DNA of 64,000 nucleotides, taken from positions 1,783 through 65,782 of the forward strand of contig JAZNND010000018.1 in assembly GCA_045580085.1 (NCBI GenBank), written 5' to 3'. The first letter of the stretch is position 1; each line of letters starts with the position of its first letter. This document shows positions 27,830 to 39,892 of this stretch, one piece after another. The position numbers and the translations under genes were made by a program. Below the pieces are notes generated by a model. That model was not told the DNA's origin. It ran no database searches and saw only the letters and a list, made by a program, of their open reading frames with translations. This DNA comes from Eubacteriales bacterium. Lineage in GTDB: Bacteria; Bacillota; Clostridia; Oscillospirales; CAG-272.

Positions 27830-28999
27830 ATGAGCATGATCGTTACATTTCAAAAAGAAGCATTTTTAGAAAAGCTTTATCCTGCTATGGGTGCTATCTC
27901 CACCAAGAATATGACAGCCACCTTGGAAGGCGTTTTGTTAGACGCTATGGAAGACGGTACGCTTCGCATCACCACCTACGATATGATCAAGGGTGTGCGC
28001 AGTTATTTAAAAGAAGGTGTAACCGTTACCGAGCCCGGCAGTTATATCATCGGTGCTGCCCGTCTTTTACAGATCATTAAGGTTCTTCCCGACGGTCATG
28101 ATATCACCATTGAAGTTGATGAAAAGCTGACGGTGAAGGTTAAGAGTGACAACTCTTCCTTCTCTTTGTTTGCCATTCGCGGTTCGGAATATCCTTCCTT
28201 GCCGGAGCTTTCGGACGAAAGAGGATTTTCCATCACCTCCTCGGTATTAAAAAGAATGATCAATAAGACCATTCATTCGGTTGCCGTTCAGGATAACCGT
28301 CCGCAGCTTTGCGGTGCCTTTTTCACTTTTGAAAAGGACCGTCTGGAGGTTGTCTCTTGCGACAGCTATACTTTGGCAAAATGCTCCGTCAAATGCTCCT
28401 TGACCGACATCGGAGAAAAGGAGATTTTGGATAAGCCCTTGAAGATGATCATTCCGGGACATGCTTTGAATGAGCTTGTACGTCTTTTGGGAGATAACGA
28501 TTCCGAGATTAAGGTTTATACCGGCTATCGCCACGTTATTTTCCATGTAGACGGCGTTCTCTTCTTTACGCGTTTGATCGACGGGGAATACATCGATTAC
28601 GAGCGCATCATTCCCAAGGAGCAAACCATTTTCTTAAAGCTCAACCGCGAAAGATTTCTTTCGGGCCTTGAGCGTGCTATTTTGGTGGCGGACGAAAAAT
28701 ACGCCAACAGCGGAAGAAGCTACGTTAAGCTGACGGTGGGCGGCGAGAATTTCGTGATGACATCCTCTTCCCCCAGCGGTAAAATTTATGATGAAATGGC
28801 ATACGAGCATGAGGGAGACGATCTTGTGATTGGCTTTAACTGCCGTTATTTGATCAACAGTGTACGTGCGGCAGACAGTGAGAATATCATTGTCACCATG
28901 AAAAAAGAAAATACCTCCATCACCATCGAGCCGTTTGAGAAGTCGGACGAAAAAGACTTTTTCTATCTTGTTCTTCCGCTTCGTATGAACGATAAATAA
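27830..28999 (+). CDS. dnaN: DNA polymerase III beta sliding clamp
   Basis: Position after dnaA and beta-clamp-like sequence throughout. ATG 27836 is an equally good start. Confidence 0.9.
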   Translation: MSMIVTFQKEAFLEKLYPAMGAISTKNMTATLEGVLLDAMEDGTLRITTYDMIKGVRSYLKEGVTVTEPGSYIIGAARLLQIIKVLPDGHDITIEVDEKLTVKVKSDNSSFSLFAIRGSEYPSLPELSDERGFSITSSVLKRMINKTIHSVAVQDNRPQLCGAFFTFEKDRLEVVSCDSYTLAKCSVKCSLTDIGEKEILDKPLKMIIPGHALNELVRLLGDNDSEIKVYTGYRHVIFHVDGVLFFTRLIDGEYIDYERIIPKEQTIFLKLNRERFLSGLERAILVADEKYANSGRSYVKLTVGGENFVMTSSSPSGKIYDEMAYEHEGDDLVIGFNCRYLINSVRAADSENIIVTMKKENTSITIEPFEKSDEKDFFYLVLPLRMNDK

Positions 29000-30141
29000 T
29001 GTACGCAAAAAAATTAAAGCTGTTTTCCTTCCGCAATATTCCATATGCGGAGATTGAGTTTTCGGAAGGCATCAATTTCTTTTTGGGCGACAATGCCCAA
29101 GGGAAAACCAACGCGCTTGAGGCGGTGTATCTCTTTGCCAGAGGAAAAAGTTTTCGCGGCGCAAAGGACAGTGAGATGGTTTCGTTTGGAGAAAACTGTT
29201 TTTCTGCGGAACTCACCTACGGCAAGAAAGACAGAAACGAAACACTCTTTTATGCCTATTCCCCGAAAGAAAAGGTTCGTAAAAGAAACGGTGTTCTTTT
29301 AGAGAAGCAATCCGAGCTTTTGGGGCATTTCAGGGCAGTGCTTTTCAGCCCCGATCATTTACAAATGATCAAAGGAGCACCGAGTGAAAGGCGTCGCTTT
29401 CTCGATATTGCCATTTCCCAGTGCTATCCCGTCTATCTTGGGATCTATGCGAAGTATTTAAAAATATTAGAGCATAGAAACGCCTTATTAAAAGACATGC
29501 AAAAAGGGAAAAAAGCAGATTTGGATGCTTTGTCCGTTTTCAGCGAAAAATTGGCGGAGGAGGCGGCGGAAATTTATCTTTACCGCCGTAAATACATCGC
29601 AAGGCTTTCCTTTTACGCGAGAGAGATTATGAAAGAGCTTTCTCTCGGCAAGGAAGAAATGCGCATCGGATATGAAAGCGACATCGGTTTTTTAAACGAG
29701 GTGCGCGAAAATGAGGCGGAAGATCTTGCCTCTCTTCCCGAAAAAGATCTTTTGATACAGGCTTATTCCTCTGTTTTCGGTTGTGCGCGGGAAAAAGAGG
29801 CACAAGCGGGAACCACCCTTTTCGGTGTGCACCGTGACGAGCTTCCCATTTCGCTTTGCGGCATATCCACCAGAGATTATGGAAGCCAAGGGCAGCAAAG
29901 AAGTGCCGTTTTGGCTTTAAAGATGGCGGAAGGGCAGATCTCGCGTGAGATTTGCGGGGAAAATCCCGTTTATCTGTTTGACGACGTTTTGAGCGAGCTT
30001 GACGAAGGGCGAAGGGGATTTCTTCTTTCGGGCATGAAGGGCTGCCAATTTATTGTAACGGGATGTGAAAAGAGCGTGCTCGGTTCTTACACCGACGGGG
30101 TGCGTTTTATTACGGTAAAGAACGGTGTGTTCAACGGTTAA
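28999..30141 (+). CDS. recF: DNA replication/repair protein RecF
   Basis: TAATG overlap with dnaN. Walker A GDNAQGKTNALEAV. C-terminal signature region (SQGQQRSAVLALKMAE, LFDDVLSELD). Confidence 0.92.
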   Translation: MYAKKLKLFSFRNIPYAEIEFSEGINFFLGDNAQGKTNALEAVYLFARGKSFRGAKDSEMVSFGENCFSAELTYGKKDRNETLFYAYSPKEKVRKRNGVLLEKQSELLGHFRAVLFSPDHLQMIKGAPSERRRFLDIAISQCYPVYLGIYAKYLKILEHRNALLKDMQKGKKADLDALSVFSEKLAEEAAEIYLYRRKYIARLSFYAREIMKELSLGKEEMRIGYESDIGFLNEVRENEAEDLASLPEKDLLIQAYSSVFGCAREKEAQAGTTLFGVHRDELPISLCGISTRDYGSQGQQRSAVLALKMAEGQISREICGENPVYLFDDVLSELDEGRRGFLLSGMKGCQFIVTGCEKSVLGSYTDGVRFITVKNGVFNG

Positions 30142-30146
30142 AAAAG

Positions 30147-30479
30147 ATGTATTTAAAAATTTCTCATCATCAATACATTCATCCTTCGCGTATCGTCGGT
30201 ATTTTTGATATGGATACCGCTACGATATGCGTGAGCACGAGAAAATTTCTTTCGAAAGCGCAAAAGGAAGGTAAGGTTTCGGTTGCGGATGACGATATTC
30301 CGAAATCCTTTCTTTTGACCGATCAAAAAATTAAAAAAAATAAAAAATATGTCCGTAAAGACAGAAAAAAAGAAAAAAGCGCACTTGGCGCGGAAGTGAT
30401 CCTTTGCAAGCTTTCTTCTACGGTTCTTTATGGCAGACTTTGTGCTTCCGTCGGTGATATTACCGCCGAGGAAGAATAA
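30147..30479 (+). CDS. DUF370-like small protein (RemB-type) with Lys-rich insert
   Basis: Conserved position between recF and gyrB. HPSRIVGIFDMDTATI resembles the DUF370 core. Confidence 0.5.
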   Translation: MYLKISHHQYIHPSRIVGIFDMDTATICVSTRKFLSKAQKEGKVSVADDDIPKSFLLTDQKIKKNKKYVRKDRKKEKSALGAEVILCKLSSTVLYGRLCASVGDITAEEE

Positions 30480-32468
<1,989 letters not shown>

Positions 32469-32482
32469 AGGAATGATGAAAC

Positions 32483-35044
32483 ATGGCAGTGGAACACGAT
32501 AAGAATACAAGTATTGAATATCCCGATCAAAAAATAGAAGATCGCAACATGGAAAAGGAGGTTAAAAAATCCTTCCTTGAATATTCCATGAGCGTTATCA
32601 CCAGCCGTGCGCTCCCCGATGTGCGCGACGGTATGAAACCCGGTCAAAGAAGAATTCTTTACGCAATGTATGAGGATCATTTGACTTATGATAAACCCTT
32701 CCGCAAATCCGCGACGACCGTCGGTAACGTGCTCGGTCGGTATCATCCGCACGGTGACGCCGCTGTATATCAAACCATGGTTAGAATGGCGCAATCTTTT
32801 TCTTTGCGCTATCCTTTGATCGAAGGCCACGGTAACTTCGGTAATGTCGACGGTGACGGTGCCGCCGCATACCGTTATACCGAGGCGAGAATGTCCAAGA
32901 TCGCGGACTATATGTTGGTGGACATTGAGAAAAAGATCGTTCCCATGACGCGAAACTTTGATAACACGAGAGATGAGCCTGTGGTACTCCCCTCGCGTTT
33001 TCCGAATGTTTTGGTGAACGGTTCGGTGGGTATTGCCGTCGGTATGGCGACTAATATTCCCCAACACAACCTCGGTGAGGTCATTGACGGTACCATCTAC
33101 CGCATGGATCATCCCGATTGCTCACTTGATGAGCTTATGATGTATATCAAAGGTCCCGATTTTCCGACACGCGGTTTGATTTACGGCTCGCGCGGCATTC
33201 GTGACGCGTACGCCACCGGTCACGGCAAGGTTATCGTTCGCGCGCGCGCAAACATCGAGCAGGAAAATCACCGGATCGTTATCACCGAGATTCCCTATGC
33301 GGTCAACAAATCCATGCTCGTTTCCGCGATTGCGGACCTTCACCGCGATAAGAGAGTGGAGGGCATTACGGCACTCAGAGATGAATCTGGCAGAGCCGGC
33401 ATGCGCATTGTGATCGAATATCGCCGCGATGCCAACGGCGAAGTTATCTTGAATCAGCTTTATAAATATACCCAGTTGCAAGACACCTGCGCTGTCAATA
33501 TGCTTGCGCTGGTAAACGGTGAGCCGAAGGTTCTTTCGCTTTTCGCGATTTTGGATGAATATATCAAATTCCAGCGTGAAGTTATCACCAATCGCACGCG
33601 TTATGAGCTTGAAAAGGCACTCGCGGAGATGCATATTTACGAGGGATATAAGATTGCTATCGATCACATCGACGAGGTGATCGCTATCATCAAATCGAGC
33701 GACTCCATCCCGAACGCCAAGGAAAAACTGATGGAACGCTTTGGTCTTTCGGATACGCAAGCCCAAGCCATCGTGGAAATGACACTCGGTAAGCTTTCGG
33801 GACTTGAAAGACAAAAGATTGAAGAGAGACTTGCAAAACTTGAAGCTTTGGTAGCCGAGTTGCGCGGTATTCTTGCCGATCCCGCCAAGATTGATGAGAT
33901 CATCAAGAATGAAATGAACGAGATCCGCCGCAAGTTTGCCGATGCTCGCCGCACCGAGCTTGTGGAAGCGTATGACGATATCGATATTGAAGATCTGATT
34001 CCGAGAACCACCGCTGTCGTCACCGTAACGCATGCAGGCTATATGAAGAGACAAAAGGTTTCGGATTATAATGCGCAAGCCAGAGGCGGTATGGGCAAAG
34101 CGGGACTTTCCATGAAGGAAGAGGATTTTGTCGAAAACGTTCTCGTTGTCGGCAGCCATGATTATCTTTTGATGTTCACCAACTTCGGTAAGGTTCATAC
34201 CTCCAAAGTATACCGCATTCCCGAAGCATCGAGAACGGCAAAGGGCACAAACGTTGCCAATATCATTGAGCTTGCCGAGGGTGAAAAGCTGACCGCTTTC
34301 ATTGCCATCAAGGAATTTGATGCGGAATCTTATCTGACGATGGTAACGAAAAACGGTATCATCAAGAGAACCCTTCTTTCGGAATACGAGTATCAAAGAA
34401 AGGGCGGTAAGATCGCGCTTTCGCTCGATGAAGGAGATGAACTTCTCTTTGTGAAGCATACTTCAGGTCATGGCGAATTGCTTCTCGCAACCAGAAACGC
34501 GCAAGCCGTCCGTTTTGAAGAACAAAACGTTCGCGCCATGGGCAGAACCGCGCGCGGCGTAATCGGTATTCGTATGGATGAGGACGACGAGGTTGTCGGG
34601 CTTGTGGACGTGGACGAAAGCAAAACGCTTTTAACCATCACCGAAAACGGTATGGGCAAACGTTCGCCGTTTGAGGATTTCCGCACCATGAAGAACCGCG
34701 GCGGAAGCGGTGTTGCCGCCCACAAGATGACGGATAAGACCGGTAAGCTTGCTTCCATTGCCGCTGTGGATGAAGAGGATGATATCATGCTCATCACTAA
34801 TGAGGGAACCGTGATTCGTACTCATGTTTCGTCCATTCCCGTTCACGGCAGAGCCACGGGCGGTGTGATCGTCATGCGTCTGTCCGACGGTGCCAAGATC
34901 GTTACTTTTGCTCGCATTGAAAAGGAAGAAGAGATTGTTTGTGACGAAGAAGAGACACAAAACGACGAAGAAAAAGCTCCTGTTGAAATCTCTGAAAATG
35001 TAACGGAAAATATACAAAGTGACGATGAAACTGATAGTGAATAA
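32483..35044 (+). CDS. gyrA: DNA gyrase subunit A
   Basis: DGMKPGQRRILYAM, HPHGD and AAAYRYTEARM (active-site Tyr) motifs. Acidic C-terminal tail. Confidence 0.97.
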   Translation: MAVEHDKNTSIEYPDQKIEDRNMEKEVKKSFLEYSMSVITSRALPDVRDGMKPGQRRILYAMYEDHLTYDKPFRKSATTVGNVLGRYHPHGDAAVYQTMVRMAQSFSLRYPLIEGHGNFGNVDGDGAAAYRYTEARMSKIADYMLVDIEKKIVPMTRNFDNTRDEPVVLPSRFPNVLVNGSVGIAVGMATNIPQHNLGEVIDGTIYRMDHPDCSLDELMMYIKGPDFPTRGLIYGSRGIRDAYATGHGKVIVRARANIEQENHRIVITEIPYAVNKSMLVSAIADLHRDKRVEGITALRDESGRAGMRIVIEYRRDANGEVILNQLYKYTQLQDTCAVNMLALVNGEPKVLSLFAILDEYIKFQREVITNRTRYELEKALAEMHIYEGYKIAIDHIDEVIAIIKSSDSIPNAKEKLMERFGLSDTQAQAIVEMTLGKLSGLERQKIEERLAKLEALVAELRGILADPAKIDEIIKNEMNEIRRKFADARRTELVEAYDDIDIEDLIPRTTAVVTVTHAGYMKRQKVSDYNAQARGGMGKAGLSMKEEDFVENVLVVGSHDYLLMFTNFGKVHTSKVYRIPEASRTAKGTNVANIIELAEGEKLTAFIAIKEFDAESYLTMVTKNGIIKRTLLSEYEYQRKGGKIALSLDEGDELLFVKHTSGHGELLLATRNAQAVRFEEQNVRAMGRTARGVIGIRMDEDDEVVGLVDVDESKTLLTITENGMGKRSPFEDFRTMKNRGGSGVAAHKMTDKTGKLASIAAVDEEDDIMLITNEGTVIRTHVSSIPVHGRATGGVIVMRLSDGAKIVTFARIEKEEEIVCDEEETQNDEEKAPVEISENVTENIQSDDETDSE

Positions 35045-35084
35045 TTGATTTTGTAAACTTTTATTAGAAAAAGGAAATATATCG

Positions 35085-35714
35085 ATGCAAAGAAAAATGA
35101 GAATTTTTGCATTTTTGCTTGCGCTCCTTTTGGGTGTTTCCTCTCTTGCCTCTTGCGCGGCGGACGAAAGCGAAGAAGAGCTTTTAACCATCGCGCAAGC
35201 GTTGACGGAGAGTTCCGTTTTGGTCAATGAATTGATTTTCGGCGAAGGGATTCTCTCTTTGGAAGATGGCTACAGTATCAGCTCTTACAGCGAAGCCGAT
35301 CCGATTTATTTGGAAAAATACGGTGTTTCGAGTTTAGCGGATATTGAAGCCAAGATCAGCAGTGTTTATGCCGCCGCTACCGCGTCATGGATCAAAACAA
35401 CGGTTCTTTCTTCCGTCAAGCAGGACGGTCAAGTGCTCACCTATGCCAGGTATTATGACGGCACCAAAACGGTAAACGAAGAAGAGGTGCCTGTGCTTAT
35501 GGTAAAAAATAATCATGAGCGCATGATGTACGGCACGCCGAGCTACTCGAATTATAAGATCGTCAAATCGAGAAAAGAAGAGGTTATTTTTACCGTGGAT
35601 ATCACCGTTTCGGACGGTGAGACGGTCAAGAACTTCAAGGAATCCAAAATCACGATGCGCAAGGAAAACGACGTATGGCGTCTTGACAGCACCACCTATG
35701 CCAGCGTCAAATAA
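35085..35714 (+). CDS. Lipoprotein (function unknown)
   Basis: Signal peptide with lipobox LASC (MRIFAFLLALLLGVSSLASCAAD). Confidence 0.6.
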   Translation: MQRKMRIFAFLLALLLGVSSLASCAADESEEELLTIAQALTESSVLVNELIFGEGILSLEDGYSISSYSEADPIYLEKYGVSSLADIEAKISSVYAAATASWIKTTVLSSVKQDGQVLTYARYYDGTKTVNEEEVPVLMVKNNHERMMYGTPSYSNYKIVKSRKEEVIFTVDITVSDGETVKNFKESKITMRKENDVWRLDSTTYASVK

Positions 35715-35770
35715 GTCAAATGAAAAAGATATTAAAAAAGGCGTATGCCAAAGAAAGGAAGGATAAAAGA

Positions 35771-36349
35771 ATGTCTTTTCACTCCAAGATGATCAAACTC
35801 CGTAAAATCAAAGGATTCACCCAGGAAACCTTTGCCGCTGAAGTCGGCGTTTCCAGACAGTCTGTTTATAAGTGGGAATCCGGTCAGTCTTATCCCGAGG
35901 TAGAAAAGCTTTTGAAGGTTGCCCGTACCTTCGGTGTCACCGTTGACGACATGCTCAACGACGATATGGAAGTGGGCAGAAACGGCGAAATGATGACAAA
36001 AGCAGACTACCTTGCCGAGGAAGAGAGACTTGCTAAGGAAGCGGAAGAAAAACGCGCGCGCCGTGCGGCTGCCAAAGCGAAGAGAGAGCAACGCGAGCTT
36101 GCTAAGGCAAAAGAAGCCGAGGCGGCAAAGGAAGAAGCTCCCGCCGTCAAGGAAGAGGCAGCAGCGCAAGAGACGGTTGAAGAAAAGACCGAAGCTGTCG
36201 AAGCGGAAAAGAAGCAAGATAAAGCAGATGAGGTGAAGGAGACGGTAAAGAAGCCCGTGATCGCTACCCTCCCCGAAAAGAAGAACACCGATAAAGCCGA
36301 CGATAAGAAGAAAAAAGGCGGTTTCTTCGGACTTTTCCGCAGAAAATAA
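35771..36349 (+). CDS. XRE-family HTH protein with Lys/Glu/Ala-rich tail
   Basis: ATG 35771 after AGGAAGGA. KIKGFTQETFAAEVGVSRQSVYKWESGQSYPEVEKLLKVARTFGV is a Cro/C1-type HTH. Confidence 0.75.
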   Translation: MSFHSKMIKLRKIKGFTQETFAAEVGVSRQSVYKWESGQSYPEVEKLLKVARTFGVTVDDMLNDDMEVGRNGEMMTKADYLAEEERLAKEAEEKRARRAAAKAKREQRELAKAKEAEAAKEEAPAVKEEAAAQETVEEKTEAVEAEKKQDKADEVKETVKKPVIATLPEKKNTDKADDKKKKGGFFGLFRRK

Positions 36350-36760
36350 GGAAAGATTCGCATCAATCTTTAAATTTTTCTTTCCAAAGCTAAAATAATT
36401 TCCAACTCTTGCATAAAATATAACATACACGTCTATTCTTGATACGAGGTGTGTGACAGGCTCTCCTCTCTCCCATTTCAAAAAAAGAAAAAAGGGGAGG
36501 GGTGGGGTTTTTGCGCCTATTTTGCTTTTTTAAGTGAAACAAAAAGCAAAAAGTAAAGAGAAGATAGCATATTGTGTTTTTTTCACCGACGAAGCGTTAG
36601 GGCGGAAGGAATAGAAAAAAACGGCATAATGCGTGAAAAAGAAAAAGAATATTTACATGGTAGGTTTTTAAAACCGTTGATTGCCATCAATTCTTTACAA
36701 AATTCTCTTTATCCTTGTCCGCACCGACGTTTAGAAATCGGAGAAAGGATAGTCGTGAAA

Positions 36761-37021
36761 ATGAAGGCATGTGAAAAAAAGGTATGGCATCTTCGCCATC
36801 CCGAAAGCGGGATTTTTGATGAGGTTTATTTTGTGTTGCGCGAAGATGCGGAAGGATGCGCCGCGCCCGGCGATATGATCGCGGAGGCAGAACGAATCAT
36901 CCGAAAAGAAACGGCGGAAAAGGTCCTTCCCAAGAAGAAAAAGAAAAAAGGAATGATTTTGTCTTTTTTGGTGGGTGCCGCAGTGTCCGCGACGGTGACG
37001 GTTTTCATATGTTTTTTATAA
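36761..37021 (+). CDS. Small hypothetical protein with C-terminal TM anchor
   Basis: ATG 36761 after GGAGAAAGGA. 86 aa. Lys-rich stretch followed by ILSFLVGAAVSATVTVFICFL. The start choice is uncertain. Confidence 0.35.
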   Translation: MKACEKKVWHLRHPESGIFDEVYFVLREDAEGCAAPGDMIAEAERIIRKETAEKVLPKKKKKKGMILSFLVGAAVSATVTVFICFL

Positions 37022-37067
37022 GAGATTATCATCTCTTGACGGGATAACCCCCTCTTATTCAGAAAGG

Positions 37068-39134
37068 ATGCCTAAAAAGGCAACGGTATATATAATAATG
37101 ACAGAAAAAGAACTCGATCGTTTGCTCGAGCAAATGGGAATCAAGGAAAAGCCCGCCCCCAAAAAAAGAAAAGGGGCACCCAAAAAATCAGTTTCCCATG
37201 ATTCGAGCGTAAAAGAAGGCACCGAAAAGAAGGGTGCCGCGCTTTCATCTGACGCTAAGATTTCCGAGCGTACTTATTCCGAAAAGAGAACCAAGGCAAA
37301 ACCGCCCGTCAAGGCGGCTATAGCGGAAAAAGCGGCAACGAAAGCACCAAAAGGAACAGCAAAAAATCAAAAAAAGGAAAAACTTTCTCCCATAGCGCAA
37401 GTCGCACCCGTCTCGGACGAAAAGAAGGGAAAGGGCGCGAAAAAAGCAAAGCCCGGCAAAAAGCAGTTTCCGAAAAGCCGTTTGCGCGTGATGATGCTCG
37501 GCGGTCTTTCGGAGGTTGGTAAAAATATCACCGTTCTTGAATACGGAAACGATATCATCGTGATTGATTGCGGTATGGGCTTCCCGGACGAGGATATGCC
37601 GGGAGTTGATCTCGTGATTCCCGATTTTACCTATCTTGTGCAGAACGCAGACCGCGTGCGCGCGGTGCTTCTTACCCACGGGCATGAAGATCATATCGGC
37701 GGTGTGCCTTACATGCTGCAGTCGCTTTCGGTACCGGTTTACGGTACGCGTTTGACACTCGGCATTCTTGAAAAAAAGCTGGAAGAATTTAAATTTGTAA
37801 AAAAACCCGTCTTAAAGACGGTCGAAGCGGGAGATACCGTTTATCTCGGTGCTTTTTCGGTGGAATTTATCCATGTCAATCACTCCATTGCGGATTCCTG
37901 CGCCTTGGCTGTGTACACACCTGTGGGTACGGTACTTCATTCGGGTGACTTTAAGTTAGACGTCTCTCCCATCGACGGAAAAATGATGGATTTAACGCGC
38001 CTCGGTGAGATCGGCAATGCGGGCGTAGAGCTTTTGCTTTGCGAATCCACCAATGCCGAGCGCGGCGGTTTTACGCCCAGCGAGCGTATCGTCGGCGGAT
38101 CCTTGGAGCAGATTTTTTTGGCACATAAGAAAAACAGGCTTGTGATAGCAACCTTTTCTTCCAACGTGCACCGCGTACAGCAAGTCATCGATGCCAGCGC
38201 GCGCCACGGCAGACGCGTGGCGGTTCTCGGCAGAAGCATGGTTAACGTCATCGGTGCGGCGCATGAGCTTGGATATATGGATCTTCCCGACGGTGTTTTG
38301 ATCGACGTTAGTGAAATCAAGCGTTTCCGTCCCGAAGAGATCACGCTTGTAACCACGGGCAGCCAAGGCGAGCCCATGAGTGCGCTTTACCGCATGGCAT
38401 TCGGGGAGCATGATAAGGTCAAACTCACGTCGAATGACGTGGTCGTCATCAGTGCTTCCGCTATCCCCGGCAATGAAAAATATGTCGGCAAAATCGTCAA
38501 TGCTTTGGTGAAAAACGGCATCGGGGTTATCAACGATCACGATATGAATGTGCACGTTTCGGGGCATGCTTGCAAAGAAGAGCTCAAGCTCATGCACGCC
38601 TTGATTCGCCCGAAATATTTCATGCCCATCCATGGCGAGCACCGCCATTTGTATGCGCATAAGGAGATTGCCGAATATATGGGCATGCCCTCCGACCGTA
38701 TTTTCGTTTCCGAGATCGGCAAGGTCTTTGAAATGGATGAAGAGTTTGCCGGCTTTACGGGTGCTCTTATTCCTGCGGGCAATGTCCTCGTGGACGGCTC
38801 CGGCATCGGAGACGTAGGAAGCGTGGTGCTTCGCGATCGCAAGCATCTGGCGGAGGACGGACTCATCGTTACCGTTGTGGTGATCGATACCTATTCGAAA
38901 TCCATTCTTTCGGGTCCCGATATCGTTACGCGCGGTTTTGTTTACGTCAAGGAATCGAGCGATCTCATCGATGAGGCAAAAGAGACGGTTCACCGCGCCA
39001 TCGAAAACGCACTCAGAAACAATATAGCGGATTTCATGGAGATCAAAAATATTGCCAAGGATGCACTTTCGCGCTATATCTTCAAAAAAACCAAACGCCG
39101 TCCGATGGTTCTGCCCGTCGTGACGGAAATATAA
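37068..39134 (+). CDS. rnj: Ribonuclease J with about 130-aa Lys-rich N-terminal extension
   Basis: Metallo-beta-lactamase HGHEDHIGG, beta-CASP and C-terminal domains. The catalytic core begins near LRVMMLGGLSEVGKN. The start codon is uncertain (37068 or 37098). Confidence 0.9.
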   Translation: MPKKATVYIIMTEKELDRLLEQMGIKEKPAPKKRKGAPKKSVSHDSSVKEGTEKKGAALSSDAKISERTYSEKRTKAKPPVKAAIAEKAATKAPKGTAKNQKKEKLSPIAQVAPVSDEKKGKGAKKAKPGKKQFPKSRLRVMMLGGLSEVGKNITVLEYGNDIIVIDCGMGFPDEDMPGVDLVIPDFTYLVQNADRVRAVLLTHGHEDHIGGVPYMLQSLSVPVYGTRLTLGILEKKLEEFKFVKKPVLKTVEAGDTVYLGAFSVEFIHVNHSIADSCALAVYTPVGTVLHSGDFKLDVSPIDGKMMDLTRLGEIGNAGVELLLCESTNAERGGFTPSERIVGGSLEQIFLAHKKNRLVIATFSSNVHRVQQVIDASARHGRRVAVLGRSMVNVIGAAHELGYMDLPDGVLIDVSEIKRFRPEEITLVTTGSQGEPMSALYRMAFGEHDKVKLTSNDVVVISASAIPGNEKYVGKIVNALVKNGIGVINDHDMNVHVSGHACKEELKLMHALIRPKYFMPIHGEHRHLYAHKEIAEYMGMPSDRIFVSEIGKVFEMDEEFAGFTGALIPAGNVLVDGSGIGDVGSVVLRDRKHLAEDGLIVTVVVIDTYSKSILSGPDIVTRGFVYVKESSDLIDEAKETVHRAIENALRNNIADFMEIKNIAKDALSRYIFKKTKRRPMVLPVVTEI

Positions 39135-39187
39135 TAGTGTAGAAATTATTATATAAAACAGCATAGAAATGCATCAAGGAGTACATT

Positions 39188-39814
39188 ATGAAAAAGTTTA
39201 TTTTTAGCCTTGTTTCCATTCTTTTGGCGTTTTCGATGGTCTTTTCCTTCGTAGCTTGCGATCAAGAAAAGAATGACGATGCCTCGCAGAACGAAAAGCC
39301 CGGCGGGGATGATGATTCCGCAAAGAACCCCGATGACGAAAATGCCGATGAGGGCGGGTTGAACAACGGCAATCCCGAAAAGATAGAAATTGTCGGCACC
39401 GAGGGACTTGCGTATAAATTAACCACTGACGGTACGGGATATGTCGTTATGGGTATCGGTACTGCTACGGCAACGGACATTGTTATTGGAAATACCTACA
39501 AGGGAAAACCGGTGGTTGCTATTATCTCATTCGCGTTTTTGGGTTGCACGAGTCTTACGTCGGTTACTGTTTCCGACGGTGTGATGAGTATTGCTCTTTC
39601 TGCGTTTTGGGGTTGCATAAATCTTACGTCGGTTGTGATTCCTAACAGTGTGACGCGTATTGGCGGTGCTGCATTCGACGGCTGCGAAAGCCTTTCATCC
39701 ATCACCTACCTTGGCACCAAGGCGGAGTGGGAGGCAACCGAAAAAGGTTCGAATTGGGATAATGAAATGCCTGTATACACCGTCCATTGCATCGACGGCG
39801 ATATTACAAAATAA
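39188..39814 (+). CDS. Lipoprotein with BspA-type leucine-rich repeats
   Basis: Lipobox FVAC. Repeats of the type F.GC.SLTSV.IP.SV..IG..AF. Confidence 0.7.
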   Translation: MKKFIFSLVSILLAFSMVFSFVACDQEKNDDASQNEKPGGDDDSAKNPDDENADEGGLNNGNPEKIEIVGTEGLAYKLTTDGTGYVVMGIGTATATDIVIGNTYKGKPVVAIISFAFLGCTSLTSVTVSDGVMSIALSAFWGCINLTSVVIPNSVTRIGGAAFDGCESLSSITYLGTKAEWEATEKGSNWDNEMPVYTVHCIDGDITK

Positions 39815-39836
39815 TTTTTGCTTATTTCTATAAAAT

Positions 39837-39880
39837 AAAAACCTGCCCTTTGGCTTTTGGCTTTCGGGCAGGTTTTTATT
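39837..39880. terminator. Bidirectional rho-independent terminator (left border of island)
   Basis: AAAACCTGCCC...GGGCAGGTTTTT. An A-run lies 5' and a T-run 3' of the stem. Confidence 0.8.
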
Positions 39881-39892
39881 TTAAATGTAAAT

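Noticed and set aside
36521-36550. Perfect 10-bp stem (TTTGCTTTTT / AAAAAGCAAA) with a 10-nt loop, considered as a possible terminator or sRNA.
   Set aside because: The stem is all A/T, with no following T-run on either strand and no flanking promoter or conservation evidence. It is too weak to call.
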